NCBI GenBank assembly: GCA_963713105.1
Contig: CAVQKJ010000004.1
Location: 202,400-266,399, forward strand
Length of the DNA stretch: 64,000 bases
DNA from: an uncultured Chlamydiae bacterium
Lineage (GTDB): Bacteria > Chlamydiota > Chlamydiia > Chlamydiales > SM23-39
Reading direction: 5' to 3'
The position numbers and the translations under genes were made by a program. Position 1 is the first letter of the stretch, and each line of letters begins with the position of its first letter. This document shows positions 1 through 7,951 of this stretch, one piece after another. The notes beneath the pieces are model-generated. The model was given only the letters and a program-made list of their open reading frames with translations. It did not search any database and was not told the DNA's origin.

Positions 1-655
1 ATAAACAGGATCACTTCGCGGCATGATATGCAAGATATTTAAATTATTTATCCTGTATATCTTGCCGCTTGCGATCTTGCCTATCCTGTCCCATTTTTAT
101 CCCTCAGACTCATCGCTCTTCTATGCGTCTGAGATTTTGCCTGATCTCAAGTTCGATTGAAGAAGCAGAACAAGATAAATAGGATCGCTTCGCGGCAGGT
201 TGCAAGATACCAAAATTGTTTATCCTGTGTATCTTGCCGCTTCGATCTTGCCTATCCTGTCCCATTTTTATCCCTCAGGCTCATCGCTCTTCCATGCGTC
301 TGAGATTTTGTCTGATCTCAAGTTCGATTGAAGAAGCAGAACAAGATAAATAGGATCGCTTCGCGGCAGGATTTGCAAGATACCAAAATTGTTTATCCTG
401 TGTATCTTGCCGCTTCGATCTTGCCTATCCTGTCCCATTTTTATCCCTCAGGCTCATCGCTCTTCCATGCGTCTGAGATTTTGTCTGATCTCAAGTTCGA
501 TTGAAGAAGCAGAACAAGATAAAATAGGATCGCTTCGCGGCAAGATTTGCAAGATACTAAAACTGTTTATCCTGTATATCTTGCCGCTTGCGATCTTGCC
601 TATCCTGTCCCATTTTTATCCCTCAGGCTCATCGCTCTTCCATGCGTCTGAGATT
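1..655. repeat. Tandem array, ~3.75 copies of a 171-174 bp unit (unit starts 7, 181, 352, 526); runs off the left window edge
   Basis: Direct reading: near-identical units starting AGGATCGCTTCGCGGCAGG. Each unit is a ~100-bp motif-built palindromic module (CAGGAT/GCAAGATA on the left, TATCCTG/TATCTTGC on the right) plus a ~70-bp tail with a CTCAGGC..GTCTGAG hairpin followed by ATTTT. Confidence 0.95.
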
Positions 656-666
656 GAGGTCGGTTC

Positions 667-1059
667 TTATTCCTCGGGGATGATTATCCATGCGATGATG
701 TAAAGGAGGACTAGCGGGATTACCCCTGTGAATACGCAGAGGAGGACAGCGATTAGACGGACGAGGGTGGAATCGATGCGGAGCCGGTGGGCGATGCCTC
801 CGCAGATGCCTGCGATCCTCCTGTCGGTCCGCGAGCGGAGCAGTTTGCGGTACTCGCGGTGGATTTCGTTGTGGGGTTCGAGAGGAATGATCAGCCCCGC
901 GACTAAATAACAGAGAAGAAGGGGGATGATTCCCGTGAATATCCAAACCATCACGAAAAGGAAACGGACGAGGGTCGGATCGACGTCCCAATATTGGGCC
1001 AGTCCTCCGCAAATTCCTAAGAAAATCCGGTCTTTACGACACCGATAAAGTTTTCGCAT
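667..1059 (-). CDS. PspC-domain membrane protein (two tandem PspC domains)
   Basis: 130 aa. A twice-repeated signature (R.I.GICGG[LI]A......D.TLVR..FV) is followed each time by a hydrophobic helix. Confidence 0.8.
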   Translation of the reverse strand: MRKLYRCRKDRIFLGICGGLAQYWDVDPTLVRFLFVMVWIFTGIIPLLLCYLVAGLIIPLEPHNEIHREYRKLLRSRTDRRIAGICGGIAHRLRIDSTLVRLIAVLLCVFTGVIPLVLLYIIAWIIIPEE

Positions 1060-1122
1060 AGAATGCCGCCCAGGTGATATATTCGGATATTTTTTAGAAG
1101 CGTCTTAGAGGGACCCTCCTTA

Positions 1123-2085
1123 ATGAAATTCTGGTCTTTTTTTCTTTTTGGTTCCACACTTTTCGCAACTGTGAACGAACCGCTGAGGCTCGAGCTATTT
1201 TCCGGATACAGAAACGACCGGATCCACTGGCATCTGCAAGACGGCGGCAGCGGCATCTTGACCTATAGGGAGCTCGACCGCGATATCCAGTATTGGGAAA
1301 ACGGACTGTCGCTCAAAGCGATCCACAGGGACCTCTCTTTTTATCTCCGGGGAGCTTATGGGGCTTTTGGAAGGGGGCCTGTCTATCAGCGCTATGCGGC
1401 AGCGCTTCCATCCATCGAAGAGCCTCGTTTTACATTCAATACAGACGGATGGACGGCAGATGGGATGGGTTACTTCGGATATGCGATCAATTTGACTGCC
1501 GACAGGACCTATAAAACGATCCTGACCCCATTGATAGGATATGGGGGCTATTTTGAAAGGCTAGAGAGAAAACAGGGGAGCCCCGAGCCTTTCGTTTCCC
1601 AGTCGCAAAGCGGCCAGCCGTTTGCGATGTTCTCCCGGCTGCCCAGTGATTATCGTCTCGTCTGGTATGGATTTTTGTTCGGAGGGGCCTTTACCATTGA
1701 GCCCGGGGGAATGGCGGTTTTCCATGTAGGCTACAGCTACCATCTTCTGCGGCTCCGCCAGCATACGGCCTTCCAAAACCAAATTGTCTTGGGAGCTCCT
1801 CCCGTTTCAGACGTGGAAACGACTTCGAGATTCACGGTTCGGAGCAGCGGCTGCAAAGGACATTCCGGATGGGCTCAGATGGACTTCATTCTATCCCGTT
1901 TTTGGCGCATGGGTTTCGGCGGCCAGATCCATTACTTCTTTACCAACGTCCTCGAAACGAAAATCCATCGGCAAACGCAATCGTTGACCCCAGCATCTGT
2001 ATTATTTGAAAAGGATTTAGGTCAAAAATTCAAGCTTCGCTGGACCTCTTTTTCCGGCTGGGTACAAATATCAAGGGAATTGTGA
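1123..2085 (+). CDS. Secreted / outer-membrane beta-barrel-like hypothetical protein
   Basis: 320 aa. Signal-like N-terminus MKFWSFFLFGSTLFATV. Aromatic/Gly-rich strand-like segments (GYFGYAINL, WYGFLFGGAFTIE, FHVGYSYHL). No catalytic motif recognised. Confidence 0.45.
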   Translation: MKFWSFFLFGSTLFATVNEPLRLELFSGYRNDRIHWHLQDGGSGILTYRELDRDIQYWENGLSLKAIHRDLSFYLRGAYGAFGRGPVYQRYAAALPSIEEPRFTFNTDGWTADGMGYFGYAINLTADRTYKTILTPLIGYGGYFERLERKQGSPEPFVSQSQSGQPFAMFSRLPSDYRLVWYGFLFGGAFTIEPGGMAVFHVGYSYHLLRLRQHTAFQNQIVLGAPPVSDVETTSRFTVRSSGCKGHSGWAQMDFILSRFWRMGFGGQIHYFFTNVLETKIHRQTQSLTPASVLFEKDLGQKFKLRWTSFSGWVQISREL

Positions 2086-2088
2086 ATT

Positions 2089-2859
2089 ATGAATAACCCC
2101 CACTCTTATCCCCGCCCCCACCCAAAAGGGCCTCCGAAAGACCAATTGATCATGGGGATCCACGCGATCCGCGAACTCCTTCTGCACGCGCCCGACCGAC
2201 TCATCCGAATCTTTACCGTCCCGCCGCAAGGGAACCGGAAATCGGAGCTCCTAAAAGAGTGCGAACAAAAAGGCATTTCCGTCGTTTTTGCGAAAGAAGA
2301 TGAGTTGACGGCGATGGCCGGGTCCGATTCCCATCAATCTTTCGTCGCCCATATAAAAGGGCGCACCTTTCTCGATGTGAAAGAATTCATCCAAAAGACT
2401 GAGGAACAAGAAAAAGTCTTCGTCCTTATGCTCGATCAAATTTTCGATCCCCAAAATTTCGGTTCCCTGATCCGGAGCGCGGAATGTCTCGGAGCCGACG
2501 CCGTCGCCTGGTCGAAGAACCGCGGCTCGGACCTCACTCCCACAGCCGCGAAAGCGAGCTGCGGGGCAAGCGAACTGCTTCCCTTGATCCGCATCTCGAA
2601 TCTCGCCGATGGGGTCGAACAGTTTAAAAAAGGGGGATTCGAAATCGTCGCTTCGCTTCTCGACCCGATGTCTGAAAACGCGTTCGATTTCGTCTACGCG
2701 CCAAAAACTGTTTTGATCATGGGATCGGAAGGGGAGGGGATCCAGCCTCTGCTCCGGAAAAAAGCCGACCGGTCGATTTATATCCCCATGAAAGGGAAAA
2801 TCCAATCGCTCAACGTCGCCCAAGCGACAGCCGTGCTTCTCGCCTTAAAGAATAGTTAA
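2089..2859 (+). CDS. rlmB: SpoU/TrmH-family rRNA 2'-O-methyltransferase (RlmB-like)
   Basis: 256 aa. Motifs LDQIFDPQNFGSLIRSAECLGADAV, VLIMGSEGEGI and IPMKGKIQSLNVAQATAVLL. Start lies 3 nt after the upstream stop. Confidence 0.8.
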   Translation: MNNPHSYPRPHPKGPPKDQLIMGIHAIRELLLHAPDRLIRIFTVPPQGNRKSELLKECEQKGISVVFAKEDELTAMAGSDSHQSFVAHIKGRTFLDVKEFIQKTEEQEKVFVLMLDQIFDPQNFGSLIRSAECLGADAVAWSKNRGSDLTPTAAKASCGASELLPLIRISNLADGVEQFKKGGFEIVASLLDPMSENAFDFVYAPKTVLIMGSEGEGIQPLLRKKADRSIYIPMKGKIQSLNVAQATAVLLALKNS

Positions 2860-2874
2860 GCTAATGAGAACCAG

Positions 2875-3012
2875 AACAGGATATACAGGATTGCTTTGCA
2901 GCAGGATATGCAAGATATCAAAAATATTTATCCTGTATATCTTGCCGCTTGCGATCTTGCCTATCCTGTCCCATTTTTATCCATCAGGCGCATAGGTATT
3001 CCATGCGTCTAA
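2875..3012. repeat. Solo copy of the palindromic intergenic module seen in the 1..655 array
   Basis: AACAGGATATACAGGATTGCTTTGCAGCAGGATATGCAAGATA..TATCCTGTATATCTTGCCGCTTGCGATCTTGCCTATCCTGTCCCATTTTTATCC matches the array unit almost base for base over the right half. Confidence 0.9.
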
Positions 3013-3028
3013 AATACTGTCGCATTTT

Positions 3029-5150
3029 CTAAGCTTCTAAAAATTCGCGGGGACCGACGAGTTCATGCCCTTCGTCGAGAGATTTTTCAGGATATAGCTG
3101 ACCTGCGTTCCAGATGAATTTTGCAGGCATGAGCAGAGATTCTCCGATTTTTTTAGGGCTGAGGGGAGTCCTGATCAATGACGTAACGATAGCCGCCCCC
3201 CAAAGGATAAACTGAAGAGGGAGGAGGAAGAGGATCGACTGGACGACCGTCAAGATTTTGCTTTTTTTCCAAAGATATTTCTGAGGTTGCCAGACTTTCC
3301 CGATCTTTTTTAATCCTGCGCCCTTGATTGCCAATCCGACCGTTGCGAGAACCTGAAGAACGAGAGGGGGAAGGATTGCGGCTGCGATCGGAACGACCCA
3401 TCGTTTAAAGAATCCTGGCGCAGGATTCTTTCTTAAATACCTTGCAGGAAGCAGATCGACTAAAACGGGATGCTGTTGGAAGCCCCGATGGTACCTGTAT
3501 CCTTTATGCCCTCTGGCCAGTTCTGAGATTTTCAATCCCTTGTGCATATTGAAAGCGAAGAGTTCTTTGAAAGGGTAGACGATCTCGCCGCTTGCGGCTG
3601 TTATAGATCGGTTCACCATTTCGAAAATCGCCGCTCTTCCTTCGATTTCGGGAATCTCTTGGCCCGAACGGAGCCACTGTTTCATTGCAGTGACCATCGC
3701 ATTGACGACATTGGTCCGGTCCACGCAGCTTTTGCAGTGCACCACAAGAGGAATGTTCACCAAGTGCATAAGAAAGGCGCGGGCCATGATCTCTTGCCAC
3801 GGTTTCAACTGCTCTTTGTTTTTCAAGAAATAGACGGTATCGGCGATCCATTTTTTCTCCTCGCTGCCATTGGGGAGAGCATCCATTTTTTCTTGCGCAA
3901 GTTCGAACAGGGCCTTGTCGGCTTTGTCCGCCTCCACTCTTGCATCGTGTTCACCTGATAATACTTGAGGAAGCATTGCCTCTACGCGGGTAAAGGCATT
4001 GAATTGGGAAGCTGCGACAGGAAGAGGGCGGAAACGGACTTTATATGGTTTGGACGGATCCGCAGGATCTGAATGGTCAAAGGTCCTATTCGAGTCAATT
4101 GCTCGAGTTCCTTGTAGGCCTCGATCTCTTTGTAGACCATTTTTATTTCTTCGCCGCCGAAAAAGCCTTTGAAACACATTGGAAGAAGAGATTGCGCGCC
4201 AAAACGGAATTCGTATTCATCCCCTTTTTTAACGATCCCTTGGGCAAGATCGTGTTTATCGGGATTTTGGTAGAGGTTCATTTGGCTCAAAAATGCGAAT
4301 TCGGCCAGCTCTTTCGCCGTTTTTAAATCTTGGACTCTCCCAGCCACCGAGTCAACCGACCCGTCTTCGCTTTCGATGCTCCGGAGCAATGTAACGCGGT
4401 CGGAATAAATATTGGCGCTCGCGGATACGGCTCCCGGCAGAATTCCGTTCTTAGCCAGGACTTCCGTCGATGTGAATGGTTCAACTCCAAAAAAATTCGC
4501 CAATTCCCCTTCAGGAAGGATCGTCATCTTGTAATTGGATCTCTTTGGAAGACTCAGGGCGACGCCAACTATCGAATCTTTAACTTTGCTTTTTTTCGGA
4601 TCGAAACGATCGCCGGCTTTTTCTACATAGCTTTGGGTGCATCTCCGGATAAAATTGGTCTCTGACTCATTTTGTCCTCGACCCTTGTGTCGATATTTGA
4701 TTCCGTCGAGATAGTGGGGCTCTTCCACATTTTCAAAAACGGCCCTCCCTTTTTCCGCATGATGGATGGGGGGTTCTGGAATATCGACTGCATGCACATC
4801 GGGCATCGCTATGGGAACGCGCCCCTTTGCTAGGATTGCGTTAGCCTCGTTCCAGAAACGCTCGAACTTTTTCGCTGTCTGATGCGCGAGAGCTGACTGT
4901 GGAGTGGACTGTTCGTTCCGGTCTAAAAACCCATTTTCAACCATCCGGAAAATCTGCTCAGGTTTGAGTTGGGGATTGCTCCGCAGGGTTTCTTTAAAAA
5001 ATTGACTGTTTTCTCGAATAGCTCTTGGCGCTCTTTATATGCGACGTGATCATCGCAATGGAGCGTTAGTTTAAAAAATCTACCCGGCGCCAGCTCGACT
5101 TTAAAATTATGAAAGCCAGACTCTAATTTTTGAGATACTTGATTTGCCAT
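3029..5150 (-). pseudogene. SopB/IpgD-like CX5R phosphoinositide-phosphatase candidate with C-terminal membrane anchor; two frameshifts as assembled
   Basis: ORFs 4923..5150, 3982..4944 and 3029..4177 join into one ~705-aa frame. The first junction sits in the run TTTAAAAAA at ~4993..5001. P-loop VVHCKSCVDRT (~3713..3745) resembles the CKSGKDRT of IpgD/SopB. The C-terminal ~120 aa contain two long hydrophobic stretches (VVPIAAAILPPLVLQVLATVGLAI; ILTVVQSILFLLPLQFILWGAAIVTSLI). Confidence 0.55.
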
Positions 5151-5331
5151 AATAATTAAATTATAACATATAAACCATAGAATTAAAATACTAATTAAAA
5201 TGTATATGTGTATTAAAGTATTTAATATGTTAAAAATTTATTTGAAAAACCAGCTTAAAATCTTCTTAATGAAAATCTTTGAATGTGAGATGATCCCCGC
5301 TCTTCGAATTTTCACCCAAAAAGGAGAGACA

Positions 5332-5760
5332 ATGGAAAAAGTACAAAGACAACAATCGCAAGGTGATGTAGCAACATTCAACATGCAGACAGGAAAAGTG
5401 AAAGACGCTAGAACCCTGAAGAAACCTAGCGTTAAAGATTCATCTTGCTGTACTTGCACAGGGTTCGTAACGAAATCCCTTTCTCTATTGACCCCGGTTA
5501 TCGCCGCCGCTTACCACTGGAAAGGTCAAATCGCAGAAAATCTGCCAGAAAATATTGCGGGCGAGTTCTTAAAAGGCATGGATGTCGTCGGCCAAGTCTC
5601 AGGATTTTTACAAACGGGTGTTGAGGAAGCTATGAAAGGCGAATTTGATTCCACGAACGCCAAGGTCGCTGTAGGTACGGGACTTCTCCTCGCAGTCACT
5701 GTCGCTTGCGTGCTGAAAAGATGCATGAGCGCCGCTCTTCCAAAAAATAGACAGCAGTAG
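5332..5760 (+). CDS. Hypothetical membrane protein, Inc-like (two hydrophobic segments)
   Basis: ATG at 5332 preceded by AAGGAGAG (5321..5328). Segments SLSLLTPVIAAAYHW and VAVGTGLLLAVTVACVL. AT-rich flanks. Confidence 0.55.
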   Translation: MEKVQRQQSQGDVATFNMQTGKVKDARTLKKPSVKDSSCCTCTGFVTKSLSLLTPVIAAAYHWKGQIAENLPENIAGEFLKGMDVVGQVSGFLQTGVEEAMKGEFDSTNAKVAVGTGLLLAVTVACVLKRCMSAALPKNRQQ

Positions 5761-5811
5761 ATCTATCTCTGCGGCTTCTTGAAAAAGGAGCCGCATTATT
5801 TAGAAGATCTC

Positions 5812-6114
5812 TTATGGCTTGGACATTTTAGGCCAGGGGAGGGCGACGCTTGTGCGCCCATGGAAGGAGAGCCACGCGGCGATGTCGACTTCTAGAGTTT
5901 TTGATTTAGTGATGATTTCCGCCAACTCGTCCCATGTATCGACGATATGGGCGTCGTCGATCAGATCCAAAATTTCATTATAGTAGGCGTCATCCTCGTC
6001 GATCATCCCTTCATCGATGCAGCGGTTGAGGCTTTCTTTAATTGCCTCAAGGTTTTCAACAGTATCTTCTTTAGCCTGCACAAATTTCAAAGTATTATTT
6101 TTATCTTTGGCCAT
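5812..6114 (-). CDS. Small acidic hypothetical protein (chaperone-sized)
   Basis: 100 aa, very Asp/Glu-rich (IDEGMIDEDDAYYNEILDLIDDAHIVDTWDE), no hydrophobic segment, sits between putative secreted-protein genes. Confidence 0.45.
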   Translation of the reverse strand: MAKDKNNTLKFVQAKEDTVENLEAIKESLNRCIDEGMIDEDDAYYNEILDLIDDAHIVDTWDELAEIITKSKTLEVDIAAWLSFHGRTSVALPWPKMSKP

Positions 6115-6198
6115 ATTCTTTATATACCCTTTCCTTTTGTCTTATTAAAAACCCTATTCTTATGCTATACTATTTCCTAATTATTGGAGAAATTATTC

Positions 6199-7023
6199 AT
6201 GGAAATGAGAGCCGAAAGCCCAACTCCCGAGGAAATGTTGTTCCGAGCCGAGACGCTCGCAAGAGCTCAGATCGATACGGACCGAATGCTCGGCGAATCT
6301 CAATCGATCAGAAGGGATGCTGGAAAAAAATCAAATTGGTGCTTCGGCTGCCGCAGGGCGAATGTCGTTCAATTGGAACAGCGCTACACTTCATTGTGGA
6401 ATGCTTCCAAATCGCTGCAAAAAGCCGATTTTGGCGATGAAGAGATCAATGCATGCGCGAGTCGAGTAGTCAAAGATGTCAAACAAACAAAAACGGCTTT
6501 CAAACAAGCATTGTTTGACGAGTCCCGCTACATCTCTTCTTTAGTAAAAACACAACCCAAGCGAAAGGGGTGCTTCCGCCATCTAGTGTCCGCCTGTTTA
6601 CAGACACGGCAGGCTCGCATGAATGCAGTTGTCGACCGAATCGACTCTACTGAAGTAGATACCGCTTACCTAAGAGAATTGCATGGAAGCGCAAAAAAGC
6701 AGCAAGCGAAAGATCGAATACCTCTTAGAAAATTCAATCGTTCCGTGCATCGTTACGCGGAAAAAGCGGATAAAAAGATCACTTCCGCATTCAGCCTCGG
6801 CAAGATTGCGGCTGCAGCGGCTGTTTTAGCCCCCGCGGCTTATTATTTCCGCGATCAACTAGCGGAAGTTTTTTCTCCTGCCTCTGAATGGTTCACCGCG
6901 TTAAAAGAGAGTGAGTACTTCGATACCGTCGTTTTAACAGCTTCCACGGTAGCAGTGGTCGCCCTCGTTTTCGGAGCCGTTACTTGCGCCATTGAAAACA
7001 GCCCGCCAAAAAAGACTGACTAA
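6199..7023 (+). CDS. Hypothetical membrane protein, Inc-like
   Basis: ATG 6199 with GGAGA 8 nt upstream (the ORF track starts at TTG 6184). C-terminal paired hydrophobic segments GKIAAAAAVLAPAAYYF and VVLTASTVAVVALVFGAVTCAI. Confidence 0.55.
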   Translation: MEMRAESPTPEEMLFRAETLARAQIDTDRMLGESQSIRRDAGKKSNWCFGCRRANVVQLEQRYTSLWNASKSLQKADFGDEEINACASRVVKDVKQTKTAFKQALFDESRYISSLVKTQPKRKGCFRHLVSACLQTRQARMNAVVDRIDSTEVDTAYLRELHGSAKKQQAKDRIPLRKFNRSVHRYAEKADKKITSAFSLGKIAAAAAVLAPAAYYFRDQLAEVFSPASEWFTALKESEYFDTVVLTASTVAVVALVFGAVTCAIENSPPKKTD

Positions 7024-7116
7024 CCTTTCTTATTAGTAATAATTTTAATAATTTCTATTTTAATTATACTTCTTTTTATGTATAATTAACATAATATTTA
7101 TTAATAAGGATAGACA

Positions 7117-7797
7117 ATGACAACCGCCACAGAACGAAAATCATTTTCCGGAGAAACGCCTACGCTTTGGACTCCTGACGCTAGGAGAAGCGTGGGTGAA
7201 AATCGAACGAACCATGGCAATCGTTTATCCTATAATACAAAGCTTTGGTGGCGGGTAGAAGAGAATTCCGCCCTACCTCGCTATCAGGAAACAGACGACA
7301 CTCCTACGCACAATCCATCCGGATCCTTTAATAAGACGAATAATGGCGCCGACCTTTCCAGACGAACAGTTTTAAGCAGAAAAGCCAGGGCAGCTCAATG
7401 GTTTAACTCATCCCATCAAGCTCCTCAGGAAGCGTCTATCGAAGAGGGTCCCCCTTCAACTCTAAAAAAAGCCGCCGATTTTATCCTTGGAGGAGCTCTG
7501 GCGGGTGCGGCTCTTTACGGCATCAAAAAAACGAGCGAAGCTCTGATGAAAAGGGCATTCGCAATGGTTCCCCCCCAAACCGATTGGACCGCATTGAATA
7601 TGGCTGTCGAAGCCGCTCCAGGCGTCGCTCGCTCTGTCGCAGATACCGTCGTCGAGCAGACTCGGCCTGGCCAAGCGTACTGGCAGTCAGCCGGGGAATT
7701 CACTATTCTGGGTGTCGACGCCCGCATCCTCTTTATATCGGGATGCGTCTTCATCGGCCTATCGGCTGCCCTCCTTCACCGGTATTGCAGTAAGTAA
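7117..7797 (+). CDS. Hypothetical membrane protein, Inc-like
   Basis: 226 aa. AAGGAT RBS upstream. Hydrophobic segments FILGGALAGAALYGI and ILFISGCVFIGLSAALL. Confidence 0.5.
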   Translation: MTTATERKSFSGETPTLWTPDARRSVGENRTNHGNRLSYNTKLWWRVEENSALPRYQETDDTPTHNPSGSFNKTNNGADLSRRTVLSRKARAAQWFNSSHQAPQEASIEEGPPSTLKKAADFILGGALAGAALYGIKKTSEALMKRAFAMVPPQTDWTALNMAVEAAPGVARSVADTVVEQTRPGQAYWQSAGEFTILGVDARILFISGCVFIGLSAALLHRYCSK

Positions 7798-7951
7798 ACT
7801 CCTGTTTTTTGGGTATCGCAGGCGAGTCCTATTTGCGATTATATATAGAATTTATTTTAATAATGTTATAAATTTTTATTTTAGTTTAATTTAATTTAGA
7901 TAACAACTATAATTTATAGTAACTAATAAAAACTAATTAAAGGATAAAAAC

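Noticed and set aside
1-655. Possible CRISPR array at the left edge
   Set aside because: The whole 171-174-bp unit is repeated with no unique spacers. The unit length is far beyond CRISPR repeat size, and no cas genes are present.
389-1012. ORFs 389..703 (+), 629..1012 (-) and 728..910 (+)
   Set aside because: The first is read through the tandem repeat (repetitive pseudo-protein). The other two are alternative frames of, or antisense to, the well-supported PspC gene.
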